A stretch of 64,000 nt of DNA from NCBI GenBank assembly GCA_951406725.2, contig OX597831.1, positions 56,482,001-56,546,000 on the forward strand, given 5' to 3'. The stretch comes from Octopus vulgaris. Its lineage: Eukaryota. Of this stretch, positions 12,527 to 24,179 are shown one piece after another. The number at the start of each line of letters is the position of its first letter. Position 1 is the first letter of the stretch. The translations under genes and the position numbers were made by a program. Under the pieces are notes generated by a model. It was not told where the DNA came from, ran no database searches, and worked only from the letters and a program-made list of their open reading frames with translations.

Positions 12527-12708
12527 CTGTAAAATAAATAATAGCTTACAATGCTCAAAGGTAACAAAATAAAAAGGAGAGTTTGAATTTAACTTTTTTA
12601 ATATCTTTTATAAAGGTTTCTTTTAGGTATTTTTAAAAAATTGGATTAATATTTTGAGAATTTGAGACAATTTCAGTTCAGTTTACGAAATATTTCTAAC
12701 AGATCTCA

Positions 12709-12712
<4 letters not shown>

Positions 12713-12772
<60 letters not shown>
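12713..12772. repeat. (CA)n microsatellite
   Basis: Direct inspection. Confidence 0.95.
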
Positions 12773-12775
<3 letters not shown>

Positions 12776-12805
12776 TGCATGCAGAGACATTGTAAAAAGT
12801 CATAC

Positions 12806-12894
12806 CTTGAGATACTCTAATATTAACAACTTGTTCTCTGTATCATCAGAGTTTGGAGTGTGAATTAGATTGACAACTTTTCCATTTGGATCAG
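12806..12894 (-). CDS. VPS13: VPS13 exon DPNGKVVNLIHTPNSDDTENKLLILEYLK
   Basis: 89 nt, CAG/GTATG, phase 1-0. Confidence 0.92.
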
Positions 12895-12944
12895 CTGAAA
12901 AAAAAAAGTAAAATCAAGAGAAATGATCAATGAACAAGAATTAA

Positions 12945-14219
12945 TACAGACTCCATGCCATTCTTGGATATACTAATTAAAAAAATTAACCTTAAAATAG
13001 AAACAGACATTTTTTACAAAGCCACAGACGCCAAACAATACCTACTTTTTGATTCATGCCACCCAAGACACACTAAAACAAACATCCCCTTCAACCTTGC
13101 AAGAAGGATATGCACAATAGTGTCAGAACAAAATACCAGGAACTTTAGACTGCAAGAACTCAAAAACACCCTAATTGACAGACATTACCCAGCTCAACTC
13201 ATAGAGGATGGGATCAGACGTGCAACAGAAATCAACATAGAAACTTTGAGAAAAGTTCAACACAACAACACACCTTCCCCGAAAATACTACCTTACATAT
13301 CCACATACAACCCCAGAAACAAAGAAGCCTTCACCATCATCACCCAGAATTTACCAATACTTCATAAGGACCCCAAATTAAAGGAAATTCTAAACATACA
13401 CCAAATCATTAAAAGCTACAAACAACCTAAATCACTTAAAAAGATTCTCACAAAGGCAAAATTGTTTTCTGAAATTACGGATGCAAAAGTAAAAAAATGT
13501 GGTAGACTGTGCAACATGTCCAAACCTGCTAGAAGGATCAGAATTCCTCTTCAAAGAGGGACAGAAATTCAAGATCAAATCTAATTATACTCGTGCCTCT
13601 GAAAACAATTTATGTCATAAAATGCTCGGGCTGCCACCAAAACTATGTGGGGTCCACGGGACTATCACTCAGACGTAGATGCACACTGCATCGACAACAG
13701 ATTGCATTCCCAGAATACAGAATGATACCCTTTAGTGAGCACATTGAGAAATGCGCAAAGCAACTACTACCACAATTTTTAATCTTTCCATTTTATCAAT
13801 GTGCTATCGGAACACCAACACAAATTAGACTAAACAAGGAAACATTCTTCATTGAAAAATACAAGCCCAAACTTAACCATTCCAACATACTTATACAGAG
13901 AAACTCACCCCCCAAAAAGGCAAGAAATATTAAGCGATTATCTCCCTTACACCGGAAGAAATCACTTATTACCTCCCCTTATCTGGAACTCTTCTTTACA
14001 CTTCTCAACGAAAACATAACGATGTAAGAAATTTGAAAAGCTGAACGCGAAACCGGTCATTTCTTCAAAAACTATGTCATTGTATGAAAAAAATTTATAA
14101 CATTCTTCTGACATAATGACTCAAATATATATTTTTTAACCTTTTAAAACAAGCCTTCTGTAGTTTTTTCACTTTTTACTATATATTCAACCACGTGCTT
14201 TCATACACCAACTTTCTCA

Positions 14220-14220
<1 letters not shown>
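12945..14220 (+). mobile_element. Penelope-like retroelement, 5'-truncated (RT C-terminus, GIY-YIG endonuclease, pLTR)
   Basis: ORF 12955..13584 has PFLDILI, TDIFYKATD, SCHPRHTK and IPFNLARRI; ORF 13593..14027 has IYVIKC..C..NYVGST (GIY-YIG); frameshifted; followed by a (TA)n tract. Confidence 0.93.
14026..14065 (+). ncRNA. Minimal type I hammerhead-ribozyme-like motif (U3/A8 core variant) in the Penelope pLTR
   Basis: AAGAAAT-TTGAAAA-GC(TGAAC)GC-GAAA-CCG-GTC-ATTTCTT: 7-bp stem I, 2-bp stem II, palindromic ACCGGT, GUC triplet. Confidence 0.7.
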
Positions 14221-14257
<37 letters not shown>

Positions 14258-14332
14258 TGAACAAACAAAAGAAGGGCACTCAACATGTTTATTGGGAGTT
14301 ACATGTATGGATCAGAACAGTTTGATTCAAAT

Positions 14333-14382
14333 TCGTTGGTACTCTGAGAGTTTCAAGCGTGATGCTAATCTTCAGCGAACAA
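14333..14382 (-). ncRNA. Type I hammerhead-ribozyme-like motif
   Basis: TTGTTCG-CTGAAGA-TT AGC(ATCAC)GCT T-GAAA-CTC(TCA)GAG-TA-CCAACGA. Confidence 0.6.
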
Positions 14383-14585
14383 CACGAGTGATACTAGTCT
14401 ACTGACAGAAAAGAATAGACAATACTAAGAATATGTAGCTACAACACTAACTTATTCCGAAAAAATATATATCTGGCTTTTCCAAAGAGATAGAGAGAAT
14501 AAACAAGAGGAAAAAATTCTGGGATTTTGCATGATTTTCTATCCACAGATATCTTACTTAAATAGAAAGAAGTTAATGTACTTAC

Positions 14586-14742
14586 AGGAGAAATCCTGAT
14601 GCTGAAGGTAAATCCCACCTAGGTATGCACCGACTGACATGTCAAATGTTCTCAGAACAACATTAGTACCAAGAGTTAAGACAAAGAAGTCTAAAAGAGG
14701 AAGTTCTTTGCCCTTTATTGTCTGTGCAATCTTTAGTCGGAC
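14586..14742 (-). CDS. VPS13: VPS13 exon VRLKIAQTIKGKELPLLDFFVLTLGTNVVLRTFDMSVGAYLGGIYLQHQDFS
   Basis: 157 nt, CAG/GTAAG, phase 0-1; RTFDM motif. Confidence 0.93.
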
Positions 14743-14839
14743 CTGATAGAAACAAAAGACAATTTAAGTAAGTAGAAAGAACCACCATGATTGGCATTAA
14801 TGGATTATGGATTGGCATTAAGGAGTTCAAGTTATTTAC

Positions 14840-14932
14840 CTCTTTGATTTCAAATTTCAGTTCCATATCAGTAAGGTTGATATAGTCTGCAGAGGATCTT
14901 GAAACTAGAGGCTTTTTAGCTTCTGGTTGTGT
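14840..14932 (-). CDS. VPS13: VPS13 exon TQPEAKKPLVSRSSADYINLTDMELKFEIKE
   Basis: 93 nt, TAG/GTAAA, phase 0-0. Confidence 0.9.
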
Positions 14933-14974
14933 CTAGACAAACATAAAACATGAAGGTTTTTAGTTACATGTTAT

Positions 14975-15492
14975 TTAACCTTTTATTATTCAGATTATTA
15001 TGTCAAATGTAATGTTTATTTATTCACATTCTTTTTGATTAATCATGCATTATTTTGTAGCTTCAAAATTTTAATGATGTGGCTGTTTATTTTTAGAACG
15101 ACATTACAGGGTAGGTATGACAGACCAGATCTGGTTGGTTTAAAAATAAAACAAGCAGAATATTTCATCACCTGGCACAAGGTCACTGCCTCCAATGCCC
15201 ATACCCCCTCCCCTCTCACTGGGTCTTTGTCTGGTAACTCTGCCATTGCTGGTGTCACTTAGAAGACATCCAGTCCACACTGTGAAGTGGCTGGCATTTG
15301 ACCTCACCTGTACTGGTGCTACATAAAAAGCATTCAGTCCAAATCCAGCCAAAACAGACACTGAAGCCTGGTGCAGTCTTCTGCCCAGCCAGCTCCTCTC
15401 AAACTGTCCCAACCCATGCCAGCATGGAAAGCAGATGTTAAATGATGATGATGATGATGATGATATGACTGGTTTAAATGCTAAAGGGTTAA
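14975..15492. mobile_element. TTAA MITE interrupted by a family C retroposon
   Basis: MITE 14975-15165 resumes at about 15463 and ends AATGCTAAAGGGTTAA; the insert ends in (GAT)n. Confidence 0.82.
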
Positions 15493-16396
15493 AGAAATAA
15501 GTCAATCTATTGACAATATCTTCTTCAATATTTATTATGAACAACCAGCTACAAGCTGTTGTTGTGGTTGCTGCAATAGAAATTCTGTTACGATTCAAGT
15601 TGAATTGGCAGAAATCTTCAAGTTGAATTGAATTACGATTTAAAACTGCTGAGGGAGAACTTGGTTATAAAGACTGTGCCTTGGGCAAGTTTGTTAGAGT
15701 AGCTTGCATTCTCTTTAGAAGATGGATCCACACTGTAAGTGCTGTTCCAATGGAACCAGGTTACAAGCTCAAACTCTGCTACAACTGTTAAGATGTTTGT
15801 AGGCAAAGCTTACCAGGTTACATTTCATAAATATGACAGTGGTAAGGACATCCAACAGTAAAAACTGGTTTCTCCAACAGTAAAAACATAAGCTCAGCCC
15901 TTACTCATATATATAGAATTTCCAAAAACTAAGCTCCTAGTATAGTCAAAATGATGAGGGGAAAATAAAGTGAAAAAAATTTTTTTTCTTTCAATATCAG
16001 ATAGGATACTAATGTTTAAAATATACTTTTGAATGAAAGTTTTAATACTGTACACATGGATTTCGAATTCCACTGAGGTCAACTTTGCCTTTCATCCTTT
16101 TGGGGTTGGTGAAATAAGTACCAGTTGAACACTGGGGTTGATATAATCGCCTTGCCCCCTCCCCTGAAATTGCTGGCCTTGAGTCAAAATTTGAAGCTAA
16201 TATAATACATATGAGTTTATAGTAAGATCCTTCAGTACAATAAATATATCATATATTACAGTCTTTTAAATAATAATTTTTCACTTCATAAAGCTTCTAA
16301 TATCCAATATCAATTTTAGGCTTTAAGAATTCTATTTTAAATTTGAAAACTCAAGAATATTACTGAGAATAAGAAATATAAATCCATATAACTCAC

Positions 16397-16450
16397 TTGT
16401 AAATTTGCTGTCGAAATGCTTGCACTTACAGATGGTAGTTGACTGGGGCC
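16397..16450 (-). CDS. VPS13: VPS13 linker exon GPSQLPSVSASISTANLQ
   Basis: 54 nt, strong pyrimidine tract + CAG / GTGAGT, phase 0-0; low-complexity peptide, so no motif support. Confidence 0.72.
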
Positions 16451-17380
16451 CTGAAAAAAGATAAAGGAGAAAAACACAAAAAATTGTTTTAATACCTTTA
16501 GTCACTAGCTGTAGCCATTAGAAAGAAGGTACATTATTTCATTGTGATTTCTAGTTGTAACATTTAATATCATTCATGTAAAGAAAAAGAAGAAAAAATG
16601 AAATACACACACATACACACATTGAAAAATATGGCAAAGAATGGCAGATTTTCTTGTTGTTTCCTGCATCAGATGAAGGAACCAATAACTGCAACAAGTA
16701 GCAAAGTACTGAACTGGAACAAACCCACATTAATATGTGAAAATAGATGTAAAATGTAAAATAATAACAATATATTGCTAATCTATTGTTTTTGTATAAT
16801 TTTGAAAATTTATAACAATTCAATAATTTATTTTCTAAACTGACAAAAAATATCTATTTAATTCAGTTTTATTCTGTTTTCAGTAAAATAAAGCTAGAGA
16901 TAAAACAATTGTTAATAAGAATAAAAATCAACAAAACCCAATCTTTTTCATTTCCTTTTTTTAATATGGATTTATATCATTGCATCAATTCTACCAAGTT
17001 CTCTGGTCTTCAGAGTGTCACCTTTCCTTTTTTGGCAAAGTCTTTTAGTGTAAGCACATCTATGTAACACAAGGAACTGTTGTTTTCTAGTCTCAGGTTG
17101 GCTCTGATTGTGCAGGCTTATACTCAGACACTTCAAACCTGCCTATATATTCCTTCATTCAGATGTATTGCATCTAGGACTACTATATTGTGTTTTCCAA
17201 GACAACAGGGTGTGATTTGGTTGCTATTTCTAACAAGTCAAATGACTACACAGAAGCTCTTTCATTGGTTCATAGAACATATGAAAGTTAGTCTCTAGGG
17301 TATATAATGTTATTGCAGCCATATTAGAGGCAGTCATTGAAGAAGGAATTTAAAAGTAAGCTGTTGTAGGCAGTAGTCGT

Positions 17381-17594
17381 TACTCTCTCTCTCTCTTTTA
17401 CTTGTTTTCAGTCATTTGACTGCGGCCATGCTGGAGCACCGCCTTTAGTTGAGCAAATCGACCCCGGGACTTATTCTTTGTAAGCCCAGTACTTATTCTA
17501 TCGGCCTCTTTTGACGTACCGCTAAGTGATGGGGACGTAAACACACCAGCACCGGTTGTCAAGCAATGCTAGGGGGACAAACACAGACACACAA

Positions 17595-17645
<51 letters not shown>

Positions 17646-17810
17646 TACGACAGGCTTCTTTCAGTTTCCATCTACCAAATCCACTCACAAGGCATTGGTT
17701 GGCCCGGGGCTATAGCAGAAGACACTTGCCCAAGATGCCACGCAGTGGGACTGAACAAGGAACCATGTGGTTGGTTAGCAAGCTACTTACCACACAGCCA
17801 CTCCTGCGCC
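17381..17810 (-). mobile_element. tRNA-derived SINE, family B
   Basis: Near full-length homolog of 11322-11725; head lies about 57 nt from the exon donor at 17867. Confidence 0.9.
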
Positions 17811-17867
17811 TATGTTGTTCATAATCATTTCCATCACTGCATATTTTTTCTTCATTGTATTACTCAC

Positions 17868-18003
17868 CTTAAAAATGTCTTCTTCTGGTGGTGGAGGTTC
17901 AGATTCAGGAAAAGGAATACTCTGAAGGAGTTGAAGAATTGCTTGTAGTTTGCGGTCAGAGATACTCAGACTCAGCAATGGCAGCTCTCCAAAGGCTTTC
18001 ATT
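17868..18003 (-). CDS. VPS13: VPS13 exon MKAFGELPLLSLSISDRKLQAILQLLQSIPFPESEPPPPEEDIFK
   Basis: 136 nt, TAG/GTGAG, phase 2-0; ORF 17787..18011. Confidence 0.94.
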
Positions 18004-18611
18004 CTAATCAAATAGATATGAATTATTAGTCATTTATTCATAAAACTGGAAAAGGGAATGAAGATTTTACTCCAACTTGTGTAATACTTGAAATTATTCC
18101 AAGATTGTAATTACATTATAGGAAGTTTTTTTGGGGGATGGGGGAATTCAAACATATATGCTATCTTCCACCAAAAAAAACCCCCCAAAAAAACAAACAT
18201 ACCAAAGATAATCAGAAAATTGCACAAGAAATTCCTTCTCTAAAAGAGAATTGTTACTGAGTTATAGATACTAAACAAGACTTTCAATACAGTTCACAAC
18301 TGAAAAGGAAAAGGACGATAAATTGGCCTTTTTGAATGTGCTAATAAGTCATTCAGAGTGTGGGCTCATAGTGTCTGTATATCACAAGTTCACTTTTACC
18401 AGACAATACTTGAACTTTGATTCCCACCATCCATGCAGTATCAAGGGATCACCTGTGGCTTACAGCATCAAGCATAACTCATAAGTGCCTCTCCAACATA
18501 CACTAAAAAAGTGATGGTCAAGATAAAGAAGACCCTTCAGGGTAACAACTACTCTGCAAGTATAGCATCAGCTTCCAAGAACAGGAACATAAAGGTAGAG
18601 AATCATCATCT

Positions 18612-19150
18612 ATTTCTTTATTACCCACAGGGGGTTAAACATAGAGGAGACAAACAAGGACAAAGGGATTAAGTCGATTATATAGACCCCAGTGCATAAC
18701 TGGTACTTATTTAATCGACCCCAAAAGGATGAAAGGCAAAGTTGACCTCAGTGGAATTTGAACTCAGAACGTAGCATTAGATGAAGTACCGCTAGGCATT
18801 TTGCCCGGTATGCTAACGTTTCTGCCAGTTCGCCACCTTATCATCATCTCCCTGTAGAGAATTATCATCATCATTTAACGTCCATCTTCCATGCATGCAT
18901 GGGTAAGACGGTTGACAAGAGCTGGCCAGGTAGAAGACTACCCTAAGCTCTGTGTCTGTTTTGGTAGGGTTTTTACAGCTGGATGCCCTTCCTAGCATCA
19001 ACCACTCTGCAAAGTGGACTCAGGGCTTTTTACGTGGCACTAGCACAGGAAAAGTCAGTTTTGGCATGATTTTTATAGCTGGATGCCCTTCCAAATGCCA
19101 ACCACTTTACAGTGGGGACTAGATGCTTTTTACATGGTGCCAGCACCAAC
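18612..19150 (-). mobile_element. Family A SINE (about 18612-18840) adjacent to a family C retroposon (about 18866-19150)
   Basis: Homology to the other copies in this window. Confidence 0.8.
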
Positions 19151-19455
19151 AAGGGTACCAACTAACTTGCGAGACAAGGAATTTTGAGAATGTGAATCAA
19201 AATCTGTCACAATCTGTCTACCTTTCATTAGAAGCATATCAGGAAAAGTTCCCAAGATCTGTCAATCATGCAAAGTATTCAAATGCTTTGGTGACATCTC
19301 TCCTTTTAGAAGAGACAATGTTCCATATTCCTTTCCTAGAGTGATGCAAAACTGATCAGGGGAGACAACTATAAAAATAAAACACCTTTTATTTTTATTT
19401 CAATAAATAAATAGATAAAAAGGTTAATTGGAGCAAAGAAAATGTCTTCACTTAC

Positions 19456-19573
19456 TTAGCAAGTTGTACTTGATTATCAAACATACATTTTTGAAATAGC
19501 AAGTTGATAGAAATAGGTTCCAAGATGTGCATTTTTGACTTTCCTTCTTTTCTGGCAGATTGCCAATCCTCTC
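19456..19573 (-). CDS. VPS13: VPS13 exon EDWQSARKEGKSKMHILEPISINLLFQKCMFDNQVQLA
   Basis: 118 nt, AAG/GTAAG, phase 1-2; ORF 19452..19721. Confidence 0.92.
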
Positions 19574-19714
19574 CTTTATGATACAACAAAATAGAGAAAA
19601 TAAATAACAATTTATTATTATAATGATAATTATAGGAAATAATCGCAAACATAAGCATAAGGCCACACATTTTTGGAGTGGAAAGAGTTGATAATAATGA
19701 CCTTAGTATTTGAA

Positions 19715-20503
19715 TGCACATGCATGAAAATTTTTGTGTCAGTAATCTGCATCAGTTCCCAGCTGATATGCCTAGAGTACAGACATGCAGTGCGTACTTA
19801 CTGGATTTTCATTTTCATGCAACATGACTGAACGCATCGAGCAGAGACCATAAATTCAGGTTTCATGACCAGTGATGATCGTCTTCACAAAGTTTGGGTC
19901 ATAGTGTGTACAGTCAAGCATACCCTGAGTGATTTCCATGTGGAGCTGCTTCCCCACTTTGGGGACAAATTTTACTGACATTCCTTGCATACACATATAC
20001 TCTGTTAAAATGGATCCTGTGCATATTTCCACTTCGTGAGTAACTTCCTGGATTGTAACATGATGGTCTTCCACAACTATTTGCCAAACCTTCTCAATCA
20101 GCTCCTCGTTTCAGCTTGTGGAAGCCTACTTGAGTGTACCTTGCTCCCCATTAGGTATAGCTCTGTTTGGAGCAGTTGTACTGCTCCTTGATTTGAGTTT
20201 TGTCCTTGGCATCATTGCCAAAAGCTTGCTGAGTGTTCTGGAGGGTTTGAGCTCGAGTATCACCAAGATTTTGGCAGAACTTATAGCAATGTCTCTGCTC
20301 AGTATGTTCGGAGAAAACAAAATCTGCCGAGTACACACTGCACTAGTACTCTAGGCAGCTGGGAACTGACATGGCCTACCAGTGCAAAAATTTTCCTGCA
20401 TGTGCAAGAAGGGTGGTGTACCCTCCCACCCAAAGGATTTTATCCATGCACCATTAGTCTTGGCAGGAAAAGTAAAGTTGGATACTTTTTAAATACACCT
20501 TGT
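19715..20503 (-). mobile_element. Mariner relic, 5' half, with an inverted duplicate of its 5' region
   Basis: EQRHCYKFCQNLG and KFVPK...IITGHET peptides; 19715-19855 is an inverted homolog of about 20290-20406. Confidence 0.82.
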
Positions 20504-20669
20504 GTGTGTGTACTGTTTTTTTAATGATGAAAATTAATTTTATTCAAATTACAAGGAGAAATTTGAGGTTAGATGGTAAATTTTACATACTGCAATACTT
20601 CATATATGTATATAGACTAAAAACAAAAATGAAGGTTGGACAATACTGAATATAATGTAAAAGTTCTAC

Positions 20670-20754
20670 CTGGGTTAACAAGTAACATTTGAATATTGTC
20701 AAGTTGAATATTGAACTTGTCGTAGGCTGACTGGAGCAATTCTTCAACTGTTGA
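20670..20754 (-). CDS. VPS13: VPS13 exon STVEELLQSAYDKFNIQLDNIQMLLVNP
   Basis: 85 nt, TAG/GTAGA, phase 0-1. Confidence 0.93.
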
Positions 20755-21208
20755 CTAGAAAATAAAAAAAAAAGTTTTAAGAAGTTTAGATATTATTCTA
20801 AACAAAAAGAAAAAAAGAATTAAGGATTTAGAGGTCTTGCCTCCTGGGTGTTCCATTCTTCAATGTGCTCTTAGATCACATGAGTAAGATAACCAAAAAA
20901 TGTCTATGCATCTGCATAAGCTGTTTTCATTATCTGCCAACAAAGAGATTTTTTCCCCCTTCTAAACATGAAAATTAAATTTTGTGGGAAATTAATTAAA
21001 AAAGATTTTTAAAAAGTATTTTCCTTTTTCTTTGACAGTCTCTAAACAAGGTTTTTGTTTTCTTTCTCCAGCTAAGAGGTAAATTTCAGTTCACTGAGGA
21101 TATTTTTTTTGCTTATATTATCCAGTACATCATCATCGACTTGAATTACCTAAATTCATGCCAATGGTCCACTTGAGTTATTTCTCTTAGCTAACTTTTA
21201 ACAAAAAC

Positions 21209-22123
21209 TACTAAGTGGTATCAAAACGTTTCCGGACTAATTCTGTAGTGCACCAATAGATGGCAGTACATGATTGCATGGACAGTGAAAGTTAACAGTG
21301 TCTTTATGATGCGGTATGCCAAGTGACATTATCGCTGTGTTTACTTTGCAAGTTGTGAAATTTGTGTTTTTCTGATCATGTGTATGCTGTAGACTGCGAT
21401 TTTGTCATGGACAGGAATAAAGAGCCAATGTAAAATTTTGCATTAAACTTGGGAAATCTGCTACAGGGACAGCGAGCATGCTTTGGCAAGCTTATGACGA
21501 TGAGGCAATGGGTCGTATGCAATGTTTTGAGTGGCACAGGCATTTCAAAAGCAGAAGAATGTCCCTGGAAGATGATGAGCAATCTGGAAGATCTGCCATG
21601 AGCATCATCTCTGGAAATGTGGTATTATGCATTGAGAATTCATCCTCCAGGACCAGACCATCAATCAAGAGTTCTACTGTGATGTTTTGAAGCATTTGAA
21701 GGAGAACATTCATCAAAAGTGACCAGATCTGTGGAGCACGAAAAATTGGATTCTCCATGAATGCAATGCACCTTGCCACTGAGTTCTCCTCACTTGTGAG
21801 TTTCTCACCAAAAGCAACACAGTATTGCCTCTGCACCTGTCCTATTCACCAGATTTAGCAGCTGCAGACTTCCATCTCTTCCTCAAGATGAAAATGCAGC
21901 TCAAAGGTTGCTATTTTAACACCATTGTCAAGAATCATAGAAGGTCCTCGAATGCTTACAGAAAACAACTTCCCGGCCAGATCCTAAAAGTGGCAGAAAT
22001 GCTGGGACTGGTGTATTGCTGTGCAAGGAGCCTATTTTGAAGGAGATGATATTAGAACTTAGGTAAATAAGTTATTTTTTATAAAACATAACTAGTCCAG
22101 GAGCCCTCTGATCCCAATTTGTA
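21209..22123 (+). mobile_element. Mariner relic, internally deleted
   Basis: MLWQAYDDEAMGRMQCFEWHRHFK and YSPDLAAADFHLF peptides; degenerate TA-flanked TIRs. Confidence 0.9.
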
Positions 22124-23716
22124 TACAGTTGACCTGTCAATGTAAACAGTCACAGCTTTAGCAAACAACTTCTTTACAAATGAAAAGATATATCATGTGC
22201 AAATTCAAAATATAGTTTGTTGCTGATGTTGTACAGGCTAATGTCATCTCTGATGAAATAGATGATCAAAGACATTCCAGCCATGACCATCCCTCCTTAT
22301 TCCTAGGCATTACATCTAGGACGACAGTAGGCAACATGTATATTTTAAAGAGATCAGGTTCATTTGAAAAATATTGCTACATTGAGCCTCACTTGACTTT
22401 GATTTTACAGTGTAAAAGTGTATGGTGTCAGAACAGAGATCCCACCTGCAAAGAAAGGATGTAATTAATAATTGTAGAGTCAAAAGGAAGTTAACAACTG
22501 AAGTAGTAACACACAGACAAGACATCATCACTTTATGCCTGATTTCCATACTGGCATGAATAGAATGAGTTATCACAGTCTGAGTCAATTTTTATTTTGA
22601 GTTACTGTCTTCTAGATGGATCAGCAGAACATGCCTTATATCCAAATGTTTCATTTTCAATAGAATTTTTGTGACTGGATGTCCTTTCTGCCAACAGCCA
22701 TTTTACAGAGTGTACTGCGAACATTTTCTTGTAGCACCAGAACTAGCGAGGTTGTCATGTCCCCAACAAGACTAAAAGGTTCTCTCAACTCCAAATTATG
22801 TCTGCTTGTTCACCATCAAAAGGTACTGAATGTATTTTATTGTGGCACCAGCATTAGTGAGGTTGCCTTGTACACAGTTAGTAAATAAGTTTTCTATAGA
22901 GATGGATGAAGTAAGATGAGAGGATGTAAGTATAATGGAAAAAAAAAGCAAAAGGAAGAGGTTTCAATAGCAGATTAACATCTGAATGTTGAGAAGGGAC
23001 ACTTTCAGTGAAACTAGTGGCTTTTTGCCTGAATGTAATGCATGATGCCATTAATAAAAAATACTTTCCCATCTCAAACATCAAAGTAGTACTCCATGAA
23101 AAATAATGTTTGAAACATGTACAAAGAGAACAATTGCTTAGTAACAAAGTACTTAGTATCAAAAAAAAAAAAAAAGAGAAAGGCTTCCTACTGTAGCTAT
23201 GACAGTGTTGATATAGAATATTTGTGAGTGGTCACAGAAGACAAGTTAAGCACATAATTAATAGACCAGATTATTTGAAGTTATTCATAATTTGAATGAG
23301 TACACACACACACACAGCACCATCTAAAAGAGTTAGATGTGCTGAATATGAAATATATACACAGCTGTTAAACCATACTAAATATTGATTCCTTTTTGAT
23401 AAGTATAAGACCAAATATTTTTTGCAAGAGAACTGATTAAACCCAGTGCATTACTGATATTTATCTGCTTTTTAATCATTCTTGAGGTGATTTATTCAAG
23501 GCAACAAGATTGAATTCAAACTGTAAAAGCTAAAAACTAATTACTTTAAAGGTAATTTAGTACATTATTACAATTTCTGTCTACTTACTTGCTGTTTTAA
23601 ATATTATGGAATATTATATTAGACCTGTGTCAAAGTATTTTCAAATATAATATTAAACACAAATTAGTGGTTTGTTTGTGAAAACTGTGCAATGCTGTGA
23701 AATATATAATAATTAC

Positions 23717-23798
23717 CTGTGTTTCACTGATATCTGAGGTGTTCTTTTCACTGTTTACTTTCAAGTTACCAAGGTCTAGGATAAGTCGACGAGCATTT
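23717..23798 (-). CDS. VPS13: VPS13 exon NARRLILDLGNLKVNSEKNTSDISETQ
   Basis: 82 nt, TAG/GTAAT, phase 2-0. Confidence 0.93.
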
Positions 23799-24179
23799 CT
23801 AGATGAAAAAAGGAGATTACATTAGGGAGTTGAAACTGTACTCATGCATTTTTCTTTTTACTGAAAAAATAAATAATAAGCAGATATTCCACTTGCTGGG
23901 ATGTATCAAAGATTTATTGAAGATTATCTCAGTTTTCAAGTGCTTTGGAAAACATTTCTCTCTTTGGAACACCATCACAGATTTTGATCATAAGAAAATT
24001 TGAAGAGAGCACTCATTGTTAAGGTAATGAAACATTTGTCGATTATACCATGCACATAGCCATGAAATATACCTCAATGGTAACTCTTTATAACTAAGTG
24101 GGCTAAGCCATAAAAAAAAAATGAAGAAACCTGACCCTAGATACAAAACAGTACTGATAAAAAAGAAATGCTAATGATA

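Noticed and set aside
16617-16688. Possible extra phase-0 VPS13 exon LLVPSSDAGNNKK...
   Set aside because: The acceptor is plausible, but the only donor is a weak site in a (TG)n tract, and there is no motif support.
19574-19576. AAG acceptors (also 34662-34664)
   Set aside because: Uncommon but ordinary major-spliceosome sites; the reading frame is consistent.
23995-24050. TTGAAGA...GAAACATTTGTC hammerhead-like boxes
   Set aside because: No convincing stem I and an uncompensated core change.
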